Under the pieces are notes generated by a model. It did no database searches. It was not told the DNA's origin and saw nothing but the letters and a program-made list of their open reading frames with translations. From the NCBI GenBank assembly GCA_050613775.1, contig JBODTK010000011.1, positions 124,001-188,000 of the forward strand: a stretch of 64,000 nt of DNA, read 5' to 3'. This DNA is from Neocallimastix sp. 'constans' (taxonomy: Eukaryota). The first letter of the stretch is position 1, and each line of letters begins with the position of its first letter. Made by a program: the position numbers and the translations under genes. Below, piece after piece: positions 37,390 to 51,179 of the stretch.

Positions 37390-40300
37390 AGTAAAGCATT
37401 TCATTTTTATTCCAGATATCACTTTAGTTAAAAGGATCAGCTAACATAATATCGGAGGATATATGTTCTAAATTTATTTCTTTTCTGTTTATTTTTTCTT
37501 GAATGTATATATAATCAATGTCCATGTGTTTACATCTACCTTTTGTATTTTCATTTTCAGTGATATTTTTACAAGATTTATTATCAACTTTAATTTTTAA
37601 ATTAATTTCTTTATTGAATATTTCTTTTAGTAATTTCTTTAATTTCATTCCTTGTTTTGCGCATTCAGTTAATGCAACATATTCTGCTTCAGTGGTTGAT
37701 AATGTGATACTCTTCTGAGTTTCATATTTCCATGAAATTGGACTTTTTCCAAATAAGAAAATGTATCCACTACTAGTTTTTCTTATTTCTTCATCCCCAG
37801 CGTAATCAGCATCTGAGTATGCAGTTAAATTTTTACTTCCATAATAATAAATAGATTTTTCTTTAGTAGATTTTAAATATCTTAAGATCATCAATGCTGA
37901 TTTTAGATCAACTTCTGTTGGGTTTTCGGCTTGTCTTGCAGCTTGATTAACTGTAAATGAGATATCTGGTCTTGTTTTTGTTGAAACAAATAATAAAGAA
38001 CTAATAATAGATTTATAATTTGTTACGTTTACTGGTGTTGAATTTTCTCTTTCTTCTAAAGCAATTTTTCTACATGGATTGTTAATTGGTTTTGTCTTAT
38101 TCATTTTGTAATTCTAAATTAATTTTTCAATGTAGTCTTGTTGATTAATTTTATATCCTTCTTCAGTTTTAAAAATATTTATTCCTATAATTTTGTTAGC
38201 TTCCGTATCTTTTGAAATTTTATATTTTTCTTTTAATTTATTGTTTATAAATTTAATTTCTTTATCTTCTCCAGTAAGATATCATCAACATAAAGACATA
38301 ATATAGCACATAAATTTACATTGTGATATTTGTAAATAAACATTGATCAATACTTAATTGTTTTAAACCAATATTTTTTAAATAATTTGATATTTCTTTA
38401 TACCATTGTCTTCCAGCTTGTTTCAAACCATATAGAGCCTTATCTAATATCCAATATTTTCCAGAATTATAATTTTTATCTCCTTCTGGTATGTCCACGT
38501 ATATTTTTTCTTCTAATTTTGCATTTAAATAAGTTGCCTTTATATCCATTTGTCTTAAGTTCCATTTATATTGTGATGCAATGGCAATTATAATTCTTAA
38601 ACTATTTTCTTTAATTGTTGGCGAATATGTTGATGTATAGTTAACACCTATTTTCTGTTTGAATCCACGAGCAACAAATCTTGCTTTTTTAACACCATTA
38701 TCTTTAGTAGTAAATACCCATCTAGTATCAATTATACTAGTATCTTTTGGAATATTATTAACTACTCTCATTACTTTTTGTTCATACATATTATTGATTT
38801 CTTTTTTAATTGCATCTTTCCATTTATTTGAATCGTTAGAATTTATTGCTTCATTATAACTCTTAGGATTAACTGTTTTAATTAATAATACTTTGTTTTT
38901 CTTTATTGTTAATTGTTCATTATCATTTGTATTTTCTTTTTTATTTAAATCAATGAATTTTCTTTTGTTATTATATTTATGAGTATCAGTATTTTCCATT
39001 TCATTGTTTACTAAATTATTTTTGTTATTATCTTGAATATTTATAGCCATATCATTATTATTAGAACTATTTAAATTGTTGTTTGAACTTTTATCAATTA
39101 ATATATCAGAGTTTTGATTTGTGTTTAAGTTTTCATGTTTTTTATTCAAATTCATGTTATTATTAATATTGTTATTAATGTTATTGTTGTTATTGTTTAA
39201 TATAATTTTATTATTGCTTTTAATAATTTCTTGGTTATTACTATTTGAATTATTTGAACTACTTAATTGATCATAACTGCCTTTTTCCTCCTCAATTGAA
39301 TAATTCGAAGGAAAAATAGAATTAATATATTCTTCTAATAGAAAGGTAGTATTAATAGTTCCAGGAATATTTTCCAATAAACTTCTCTAGCTGATACAAT
39401 ACAGTTAGAAGATAATACTAAAATAAGGTAAACAGTAGAGTCCGAAGCATAACCAAGAAAATTCCAGGTTTAGAATTATTTTCAAATTTATTCTTTTTAT
39501 GATTATTATAGAAATATACTCTGCAACCAAAAACACGTAGGTGTGAAATATGAAATATCACTAGGTTTGTTGAAGAAAACTTCATCTAGGATTTTTAAAT
39601 TATTACCTTGATGAGGATTAAGGTTATATAAACGATATGCACATAGAATAACAGAATCCCAAAAATTAAGAGGTAATTTGGCAGAATTAAGTAGTGTGGT
39701 TGCACAATTATTAAGAGTTTGATTAATTCGTCTGAACGACCATTTTGTTGTGAGTAGCCAGGAGTTGAATGAATTAATTTTATACCATTTTCGGAAAGAT
39801 ACTTGTTGAAATTTTCATTTGTGTATTCGGTTCCGTTGTCGGTTTTTAAAATTTTAATTGTAAATTCAGTAGTATTATTCATTAATTTGTGAAATTTAAT
39901 AAATGTGTTATAAACGTCAGATTTATTTTTTAAAAGGTAAATCCAGCATTTTCTACTATAATCATCCATAAAAATTACGTAGTAGTTGAAATCGTTAAGG
40001 ATGTTTTTTATTTACCAACTACATCGGAGTGTACAAGTTGTAGTGGTTGTGTGGTACTGTTTTCAATTGCATAAAATGGTTTTCTTCTCATTTTGCTGAT
40101 TTTACACTGAGTGCAATCCTTTTTGTTGTGGATACAAGTGTAGTTTAAAACAAAATTTTCAATATCTTTATTATTGTTGAAGTGACCTAAACGTGCATGC
40201 CAAAGATCATAATCGAAATTGCTAATTTCAATATTTAAAGATTTATACATTTTAAAGGGAGTAGTGTATAATGAGAAGATATTTTCTTTGTCGGCATAAA

Positions 40301-42180
40301 TTTTTGCAATTGGTTTATTGTTTTTGAATAATTGAAGTCTGTCCTTATTTAAATTTTCATCAAAATAATAATGGTAAAATTATTTCTGACAAGATAATGT
40401 GTTGAAATTAAATTATTTTTGATGTTTGGTACGTAGTGGACTTTTGAGAGTGTGAAATCGAAATTTTTAATAGCGCCATTATATGTTCCTACTTTTACAA
40501 TTTTGTCAGATTTTCCGTCAGGATAGGTGATAAATTTGTTGTTTACAATTTTGGGGTCATCTAGGTCCTTTTCTTCTTTTGTTAAATTTAATGATGTACC
40601 GCTGTCAATAATCCATTTTGTTGGTTCTTTCTTTTAATTAAATATAGGTGTATAGTTGAAAACAGTGTTAACATTAATATTTCCTGAAAATTCAGTGAAA
40701 ATTTCATCTTCGCTAAGTTCAGCAGAATCTTCTAAATCAGTAGTATTTTTAATTCCTTCTTTATTATTGGAACGATAATTTTTGTTTTTTGAATTGTTTC
40801 TTGATGTGCTGCTTCTTTTTTGGTGTCTGATGTTTCCATTTGAAAGATTTTTATTATTTCTTCTATCTTTTCTTCTAGGATTTAAAAAACATTCATCGGT
40901 AGTGTGTCCGTGTCTATGACAAATGTGACAATATTTTTCTTTTTCTTTATCTTTATCAGATTCATTATTAAATTTATATGGTAATTTACCATTTTTAACT
41001 CTACTAACCGAAAGCTCTTGTGTAGTTTCGTTGCTATACTCAATTTTCTTTATATCTTTGTATTTTTTAATAAAAACACTAGTCAAGGCTATCAGTTCTT
41101 TTAAATCTTCAAAGGTTTTAAATTCGACTAAAAGTATTACAATTTCTTCAGCTGAAAGTAAAATTTTAGTTTTTTCGTTTAATTTTGTTTTTTCGCATCT
41201 ATTTGATTCCTTATCGTGAAGTTGAAATAAGTAATTTAATTTGTCTATATATAGTTTTATATCGTCATTTTTGACCTCTAGTTTCTTGATTTGGTATTCA
41301 ATTTGATATAATTTTGAAGGTCCAACCTGCAAGAAGTAACTTTCTAATCTTATAATCATTTCATAGGCGGTTTCACATCCTTCAATAAGTTCGGCATCCT
41401 TCTTATGAGCTTTTAGTTGGCTCTGTTTAATCTTTTAATAAAATTCTTTGTGTTTCTATCTAAGATTGAGAATTGTTTGTTGACATTTTCTTCTAAGTTG
41501 TTTAAATTTTCTTTAATATGTTTTCTTTTCGACTTTGGAATATTATTTTGTTTGTTTACATTTTCTTCAAAGTCTTTCAAAAATTGAAATCATCATTTTT
41601 GTAATCTTAAATTTCTTGTTCTTCACTTTTATAATTATTGTTTTGTGAAGCTGATGGTTTTTCAGATTTTTCTAAATTTCTAAATTTATTAGTTTCCATT
41701 TTGGAATTTAGAATTTTGAATGTTAATTAATTTTTTAAAAAAAAAATTTAAATTTTGAAATTTTAATTTTGAAATCTAATTTTAATAATTTTTGAATTTG
41801 TAATTTTAAATTTTATATTGAATATTTTAATTATAACAAGCTTGTTTAATTTAGTTTTAGTATTTTTATAGTTTATAGCTCATTAGATAAGTGAGACTCT
41901 TATCTGTTAAGAATGTAACTAAGATCTCACAATCTCAATTATGATTATTTATAGTTAATATGGCTTTTATTTATTTATATTTAATTATATGAATATTACA
42001 TGATAAAGAATATTACAGTTTAACAAAATATAATAAATAACATATTACGTCACATGTTTTTTTTCATAATTTAATTTTATTCATGTATTTATGTAAACAA
42101 TTGTTATTCTTTAAAACTGTACTCTTTATAAAAACTTAAATAAATAAAGTGTTAATAATAATTATTAATAAAAAACAATA
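37390..42180 (-). mobile_element. Copia-2: decayed Ty1/Copia with 5' LTR (~41905-42180); 3' LTR absent
   Basis: CHICHRHGHTTDEC, WIIDSG, LWHARLGH, VHSDV, KTDNGTEY, KARFVARG, YSDADY, STTEAEY, MLADP. PBS GATAAGAGTCTCA at 41892-41904. Outer LTR edge approximate. Confidence 0.88.
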
Positions 42181-42232
42181 TTAAAGGTATTATTTTGTCT
42201 TTGTATTTTTTTCTACCGATAGTCGGTAAATA

Positions 42233-43580
42233 GATTAAGAGTCTCAAGAAGACCAGAGACTAAAATATCATAAATATAATATTTAATAAAATTTTTAATA
42301 TATTAATATATTAGAAATTTATTATTTTCCCATGAGCGAGATTAATAATAATATAATATTAAAGGACACCGGTAATTATGCCTTATGGTTCAATTATCTG
42401 TGCAATGAACTAAGAAAGGAAGGTTTATTATACAACATTAAAGAAAATGTATTGAATAAAATGGATATTGATAATCTACCAAATGATAAAAAAGAACAAA
42501 TCAAAAAGGATGCAAAAGTTGTATCTAAAATTCTAAATACGATAAATATTAATATCCGTAGAGAAATAGTAGGACTAAATACTTCCTATGAAATTATGTC
42601 ACAATTAAAGAAGAAATATGGTAGTTCAACTACTGATTTATCATATTGGTTGAAGAAATTAAATTCAATAAAAACAACTAATAAACAGGGAATTTTAGAC
42701 GTGATAGATCAGTTAAAAAATATCTTCAAAAACATGGATAATATAAATTTCCACTTATCTGAATATGAAAAATTAAGATACTTATTTAACGCTATATCAG
42801 AAGATTATACAAATAAATTTACTCTTACTGATAAAGATAATTTTATTAGTAATAGTATGAAAATAGAGGAAGACATAAACAAACTTGCTTATATCCAACA
42901 ATGGAACTCAAATAGCCAACCTAAGGATGATCCAATAGAAATAGACTGTGCAGGTAAATTCCAAAAGAAGAAAAGAAATTACAATAAAAGAAACTACCAG
43001 ACAAAGAAAGCAGATAATGAAAATAATCACAATACTTCTGACTGCTAGTTTTACGAGTTAAATAAAAACAGTAAATTTAATAAATATGTAAACCAAGAGT
43101 ATTCCAAGGAAGAGAATACAAACAATAATAAAATAATAATAATAATCAGTCAACTTCAAAGAAAAAAGGAAAAGGAACATATTATACAGGAATAATTAAA
43201 CAATATAATATAAATGAACAATATAATGCTAATGTAGATTATGAAGATATAAAGACCATGTTTAAAAATGACATTAATAATTCTCATAAATCAGTATATT
43301 TAATTATAAAAATAACGCATCAAAAGTATTAAAGAACATTTCTTCAATTAATATTTATGAGTCCTACTGGTTATATGATTCTGGAGCAGGAGAACACTTA
43401 ACAAACAATAAAAACATATTAAAAAGCTACAAAAATGAAGAAATTGAATTAACCTGTGATAATAATATAATATATGTACCTTTGAAGGTTATGGAGAATT
43501 TTCTTTCTTCATAAATAATTATAAAAGTATTTTAAAACCCGTCTAATACTCAAAGGATGTTGCCAAGAATGATAAGGGTT
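42233..43580 (+). pseudogene. Copia-3 5' remnant: PBS, gag (42332-43048) and protease fragment
   Basis: GATTAAGAGTCTCA PBS; gag NYALWFNY...LKKKYG; WLYDSGAGEHL at ~43368. Confidence 0.8.
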
Positions 43581-44779
43581 AAGACCCTCTTTATTTTTGT
43601 TGCATCAACCATTTTTTTTTATAATTTTAGTATATATATTTAAGTAAATTTTTAAGTATAATTATTATTTTCATAATGTTATCTTTTGCATCGCCGGATT
43701 CTACACCAAATTTGATACGTGTGTATTATATGTTAAGGGCGTTTAAATATGCAAAAGGGAAATATTAGATAATATTATATTTTAATAATTATATTTATTG
43801 ATAATTATGGTTTATTTATTTATTTTAATATTTATTTATCTTGCTTATTATTATAAAATTTAATACATAAAAATATTTGATTTTCTTTTTCTATAACATT
43901 TCTTTTATAAATTATTATTTTTTTTATATTTATATAAATATATTATTTTTCAAATATTTATATATATATATTTTTTTATAACTAATTTTTAGAAATTAAT
44001 AAAACAAGCTAATTATTATAATTAAAATAACTTTTTATTAACATATGCCATCAAATTCATTAATAATCTATTTTTATCCTCATTGTTATAAAATAATCTT
44101 CAAACTATTTTTTTTATATAAAATTTTTTTTTTGTTTGTTTGTTATTTTGTTTATTTAAAAAATAATTTAAAAACAAATAATTGAAAAAAAATAAACTTT
44201 ACATTTAATTTAATAACAAATAATCTAATTTCTTAATAAAATATAATATTTTCTTTTTTTCTTTAGCTATAATTTATAATTAATAATTTTTATATTAAAT
44301 ATTTTTATTAGTAAAATAATTATTTAATTCATTTATTTTTTTTAATTAAATTTGTAACTTTTCTTGTATTTAGTGTGGTCTCGTATCAATTAGTGATACA
44401 AATATCATGAATTTCTGAAATTTAGGTGTTATTTAATTAATATTACTAATAATGATAATTCTTTTAAATATTTAAATTTAGAAGTAAATTTTTATTTATT
44501 ACGAATCATTAATTTCAATTATTTTTTCTAAAAATTCTAAATTTCACATCTTCAAAATCTCAATTTCACTAGATTCTAATTTTGATCGAATTTTATCTAC
44601 TTTTAAATTTTACAAAACTATTTTATTAATTTTCTTTATTTATTACAAATTTAAAATACTTCTTAAAGTACAATTTTCATAACTATATTTAGTTTAATTT
44701 ATTTCTATTTTTACAATTTTTGTTAATTAATTTTTTATATATTATTAAATTTTAAATTTTTCATTTGGTCTTGTACTAA

Positions 44780-47700
44780 GACCTCCCTCCTAAGCTTAGA
44801 CTTCGTACCTTTAAGTCTATTTAGTGAAGTAGGCACAGTGTTCTTCTTATAAACATTTCAATCCATTATTTCACCAGTTTCAGGGTCACATATGGTGACT
44901 GTGTTAAATTTCGTCTTTACATCCTTGAGAGGACCTAAAAAGAAAGGATCTAACTTTTTTCGATTTAGATAGCGGACTAGAACAATGGTCACCGCTTCTA
45001 TAATTCTTCATTCGTTTAACTTGTTGTCTTCTATCCTTCCATAAGGCATTGGCATGTTCGATATTTTCTATAGCTTCTGGAATCATTGGTTGTTGGCTTT
45101 GACCATTGGCTATAATTGGGTTGAGGTAGGCTTCGGCAGAAAAATGCAGCAGCACCTTCAAGTTTGGTTACTGAATAGTTTTTCTCTTCCTTTTTCAATG
45201 TTCGGCTAACATAGTGGACTGGGAACTCCTTTTTCTCATGGATTTGTAACAGAACTCCTCCGAAACCTTCGTAAAATTCATCAGTTCTTACAACAAATGA
45301 ATTTACGGTAGTATCCTACCGTCCCTAAGAATGATCTAGGACTTGACACATCTTTCGATCTCTCCCAATATTTGATAGCCTCTATTTTACCCTCAGTGGG
45401 TTTAATGCCATTTACTATCAACAAATGACCTAAGACTTCAACTTTCTTCATAAAGAAGTTGCATTTTTTCAATATTGATTTTCAAACCGCTAGATTTTAT
45501 AATTTGAAGTACTTCTTTAATGTCCTTAAGATCTTGTTCTTCACTAGGAGAGAAAACTACTAGATCATCAAGGTAGACGAACATGCACTTACCGATCAGT
45601 GGAAAAAAGATGCGATTAATCTCCCGCTGGAAGATCGCAGGAGCGTTGGTAAGACCAAAGGGCATTACAACAGAATTATAGTTTCCAAACATTGTTGTGA
45701 AGCTGGTCTTCTCGATATCTTCATCGTTCATGGGTATCATCAGATACCCAGAAAAAAGATCTAAAGTAGTAATAGCTTTTATATCTCCATCTATAGAAAA
45801 CAAAATCTCATCAATGAGAGGGAGCGCATAAGAGTCGTATGTGGTCATTTCATTTAATTTCCATTAGTTTATACAAAGCCTCTATTTTCAATTTTCCTTG
45901 GGGATAAGGATAACAGGCGAGGACCATGGAGAGTGAGAAGGAACTATAAGTTTCTCGTTAATTAGCTTAATTAACTCTTCTTTGAGAATATCAACCTTAG
46001 CCTTTGAAAGTCTGTAAGTACGTTGCTTTATTGGTTGATTTCCTGCTTTTGGTTGAATTGAATGGGGAAGCAAACTTGTTTTTTAACAGATCATCTGTAC
46101 CCAAGTCAATGATATTGTCGTAAGAGCTTAGTATCTTTCTTATCTTTTTAAGAAATTTCTTATCACAGATACCAATGCTTTTGTCGTATATCCTACTGAG
46201 GGTTTCTTAGATTCCTTCTCACCAATATTATAGACAAAGTTTTCATGATCACAGTTATCAACAATAGAATGAGGACTAATCGAAGTAGAAAGGACTGGTT
46301 CGGCAGTTATAAGTAAATTTACTACTTCTTCTTCTTTAATGTCAACGGCTTCATCTGATCTGTCCATCTAGTCTAATTTTTCAACTATATCCCATAGATT
46401 ATATTTATTATTAATACCTTTGAACAGTTCCTTAAGTTCTTGAATTTCCAGTCTAGAGTTGATCTTACATAATTCGAAAGTAACGGAATTAATAAACAGT
46501 TTTCGATAATTGTATCATAGCAATAATGATATCAAAAAATATGTTATTCTTTTCAATTAATCAGAGATTGGATTAAAGGTAATGTTTCCAATGATAAGAG
46601 GAAGACAATAAACTAAACCAGGAATTTCATCTATGTCAGATAATGCTTGCACAATAGATAAGGTAGCTAGCCCAATAGGTTCTGGTTTCATCGGTAGCTT
46701 TTCCAAGTAAGATTTCAATATGAGGTTGATGCCAGAACCATAATCTAGGTAGACCTTTGAAGGAACATCGTAAACTCTGCATTTGGAAATGGTAATTTTT
46801 TCTTTGTGCATCAAGTTTACCTGATTTTCTTTATTAAATTTCAGTTGCCTATTTAGCTCAGCCTTAACTTTTGGGCTAATATCTAAAATTGGGCAACTGA
46901 AATATTAGCTTTTAAGTTCCTTAAGTCTTCACCGACATCATTAGAAGAACCACCACCTAGTAATTTGATGTGCCTTTCCTTTGAGGAAGTCTTATCGTTC
47001 TATGTTAATTTTAGATTCTCCCTTTTTTTCTTTTATTTTCTTTGTCTTATCTTGTTTCCTTTTCTTCTTAGATTTCTCAATTGTCGGCTGAGCTATTATC
47101 GAGGGGTGTAATTCCGTTAGTGCTTTCGTATTGTTTCTTGTACTAACCTCGACTTCCATGGCAGTTTTCTCAAATTGTCGAGTGACCGGAGTATTAGTAA
47201 TGGGTAATGGGTTGTCCTTCAGGGTTTTCTTTTCCTTTGATTTGTTTGTATAAAACATCATCTTCTGTTTATCTCTGTTTTCTTGATTGTTCATCTCTAT
47301 CCTATCGCTTCGTTCAGCCTCATTTAGCCTTACTTCTTCTTTTTCTTCAACGATAGTTTGATTAACGAGAGCTAACGTTTTCTCCTTTTTCAGTTTTTTT
47401 GTACATGTTCATCTTCTTTCTTTGTTCTTTTTGTGAGAATTTGAATTAGTTCTTCGTTGGTATAGGGGCTCTGAAATAATCTATGTCCCTCTTCTTTGCA
47501 AGGATATCAGTAGAGTTTAGAACTTGCCATCACTAATATTCTCTTCTTCTCGACTTCGTTAGATAAAGTATTCTTCTCCTTCATATACCGAAGTACTTTA
47601 CCGCCTTCTGGGAATGAGTGAATGGGTGAGAATACCTTAAACTTCTTGTTACCTAAGTGAACTATTTCCTTTGGGCTACTTCTTCAAAGTTCATTTCATT

Positions 47701-49118
47701 TTCGAATTTTAGAAGCTTTTGGACTTTGGAAGCAGACTTGATGGCTTCTTCTATTATTTCGCACTCGTCGTACAGGACTGCATAACAAACTTCCTTCCTG
47801 GTTTTAAAAGGTTTTAGGTAATTTTTTACTTTATGGTATAATTCTAAATATTTTCTGTTGAATTTTTGAGTTCTTCATCAATTTTTATAGAGAAATTCTT
47901 CACTTTTTCATGTATTATAGAGTTTTGGTAAAAAAATAGATTATAAATCAACACTTCAATAATAACACTAAAACACAAAATAATAGTTTTAAAGAACAAG
48001 TTTTATTAATTTTTTAAATATTAAAATCTTTATTTATTTTAAAGTGTTATTAACAAGAAATCGTTAATAACAATTACATCGATTAAAATACATGAAATTT
48101 GATAACTATTTATATTTTTATCTTATTACATTTATAATATATAATTCCTATTGAATTATATTATCTAGCTATTTATTTAAAAACAATACTAACCTAAACT
48201 AATAATAAATAATTAACTATTACTAAATAAAGAGAATTATAATTAATAACTAAAATAAATATAATCAATTCTAATTGAGTTCATTTATTATTTATTTATT
48301 ATTTAAATATTATTAGTAAATTTATTATATATTTTCTATTTAAAAATAATATAAAAGTTGTCATAATTATTTAATATAAATTTAGCATAAAATGCCGTAA
48401 GTTTCAACATGACTAATTGCATAGTTTCATGTTGTTAATTTATCTTGTGAAAAACCTTAACTCTTATTATTTAAATTAAATTACATAAAAAGAAATGATT
48501 TTCAAATACTAGTTTCACAAGAGAAATTTTTAATTTATTAGTATGATTGGGACAAAATCGAAATTATGTTAAAAATATTTTCAATAATTTTATACACGTG
48601 ATTTCAAATAAATTTATTTTAATTTTACTTAAATTTATGATTAAATTTAATTAAAATTATTTAAAGATATTAATAATATCTTTACATGTATATAGGTCTT
48701 GTACCAATTTGTAATAATTCTATTAAAAAATTAATAAATTTAAATAATAGAATTAACTACAATTTAATAATTAAATAATATTATTAAATTGAGAATTTAA
48801 ATATACTTATCTATAAGAGTTTATTACAACAAAGTAGTAAAGGCAATCACTCAAAGTTTATTCAAATTAAAATTGTTTTGTTATAAATTTATAATATGTT
48901 TTATTAATAATTAAAAATACTTTATTTTATAATTTTTTAAAAAATAAATACAATTTAATAAAGAAAGGATTATAAAGTATTTTATTTTATTATTTTGAAT
49001 TGTTATTACTACACTTTTGTTATAATAATAACTCTTGAATTCTCAAAGAGAACTCAAGTCGATATTTATACTTTTATGTAAAATTTAAATTTTAATAAAT
49101 TTGTTTCTAATCTTAACA
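44780..49118 (-). mobile_element. Gypsy-5 remnant with internal deletions; putative 5' LTR 48710-49118
   Basis: YLDYGS, SPWSSP, MPFGLTNAP, VYLDD and an integrase C-terminal scrap. PPT AGGAGGGAGG near 44780-44792; PBS TGGTACAAGACC at 48695-48706. Confidence 0.8.
47916..48686 (-). repeat. Chromovirus-family solo LTR at the Gypsy-5 5' end
   Basis: TSD TGTAT; near-identical to 23549-24320; ends ...CTATA. Confidence 0.92.
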
Positions 49119-50017
49119 AATCAATTGTTTAGGATAAGATTAGAAGAAAAACCTAAACAAGATTTTGACAAATAATCTATATATATTGGTCATTGAATAT
49201 TTTAAATAAAACCGATCCGTAGAATCGGGAAAACCTTAAAATACCAATTATCTAAATTTTAAACATAATATAAATAAATATAATAAAATAATTGAAAAAA
49301 AAAATAATAAAAATAATTAGAAATAGTTTGTTTAATTATTATTGGTTAATAATTAAATAATATAACGTATTCATAAAGATAAAATCAATCTTTTACAAAA
49401 ACTACTAAAACAAAATTAATTTTAAATGACTAAATTATTTGTTAAAATTAAGTGAACAAATAAATAAATTACTATTATAATAAATGGATATACTAATAGT
49501 TATTAAATAAATTGATATGATTATATTAAATTGATATATAATAAATTAAATAAATTATCTAGTATTAATTTTTTGAATGTAATATATATTAACTAGATAA
49601 TTTATTATGAACTAAGAAATAATAATTAATTTGAAGGAAATAATTATAATTTCTTACACAGTTATGATAAGTGATATTTATAAAACATCAATATTAATAT
49701 TTATTTTATTTTATATGGACGAAAACAGTAGGGAATAATTGACAAAATAATATATTCTAATATTATATAGAATATTATGCACAGTACACAATAATAATAT
49801 TCACACTTTAATATTTTGTTTATTTACTTTATTTATTCATTATCATTCATCAATAAAAATACATTATTTATTATACATTAATATAAAATATTTATTAACT
49901 AGTTAAAATATAAAATTATTCAATAAAATATAATACTAAAATCTCTCATATTATTAATGTAAACTAAATATAAAATTATAACTAAATTATGGAATTTATG
50001 GTGGTACCGTATCAGTT

Positions 50018-51148
50018 TGTAATAATTTAATTATAAAATTAGACATAATTAAATTATTAATCATTAATATTAGCTCTATACGATAATATTAAAGATTAGA
50101 AAAGAATTATACTTACCTATGATTCAGATCTAATAATTTTAGGGTATTATAGCAAATATAATAAACAAAACACCAAATTTTAAAAAAGAGAGTTGATTTT
50201 TTTTTAGAAAATTATTTTAGTAAAAATTTATTTTTATTAATATTAAAATTATAAAAAGTATTTGTAAAGATGTGATTATCCCAATCACATTTTGAATTAA
50301 AAATTTTTCTTGTGTAATTCAAAAATGTAAATTATTCTTTGATTTATAAAATAATAAGCAAAGTAAATAAATCATATGAACTAAATTTTTGAATTATATT
50401 CTTTAAGCCACAAGATAAATTTTTAATGTAATAATTTTTATAAAATTTAATTCTGAGAAAATTATTGTTGTAAAATAATTTAAATGAATTAATTAAAGTT
50501 TAAAACAAAATAAATTAATAATTTATTTTGTGAAAATTAAGTTTCAAAATTTAATCATGACTCCTTTAACATTGTTTTTAAATCGAAAATAAATAAAGAC
50601 TTTACTTATAATATTAAAATAATAAATAGATAATAAATGTACTTAATTTTAATTATTTAGTATTTAGTTTAATTAATAATTATATTTTTCTAAATTTAGC
50701 TATAGTTTATAAATTTATTATTTAATAAAATTCATTAGGATAGTTTTATATTAAAATATATGTAATTTAAATAAAATAATATATTATCAATGTATTTAGG
50801 AAAAGTATAAATAGAAGATACTTTTCATATTTTTTCTCGATGTAATTGTTATTTTGAATAAATAACTATTAATAAATATTAAATATTAATAAAATATATT
50901 TTAAAAAAAATTTTTTAATAAAATAAAATTTATTGTATCTTGTTATTGTAATCTATTTTAGTATTTTCTTTTACAGTATTTACTATTATTATTATTATTT
51001 ATTGTATTTATTATATTTATTATATCGGTTATATTTATTACATTCGTTAAAATAATAACTCTTGATTTCTCAAAGAGAACTAAAGAGCCTTATTTATACT
51101 TCTTTCAAAAATAAGGTTAAATATAAATTGTGTTTTCTAATCTTAACA
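50018..51148 (-). repeat. LTR related to 48710-49118 (~413 bp after removing the nested solo LTR)
   Basis: Shared ends TGTAATAATT / CTAATCTTAACA and internal ATAATAACTCTTGA(A/T)TTCTCAAAGAGAACT; PBS-like TGATACGGTACC adjacent. Confidence 0.7.
50263..50975 (+). repeat. Chromovirus-family solo LTR (divergent subfamily)
   Basis: TGTAAAGAT...TTTTACA, TSD GTATT. Confidence 0.88.
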
Positions 51149-51179
51149 AATCTCTTATCTAGTTTTATTATTATTTGGA

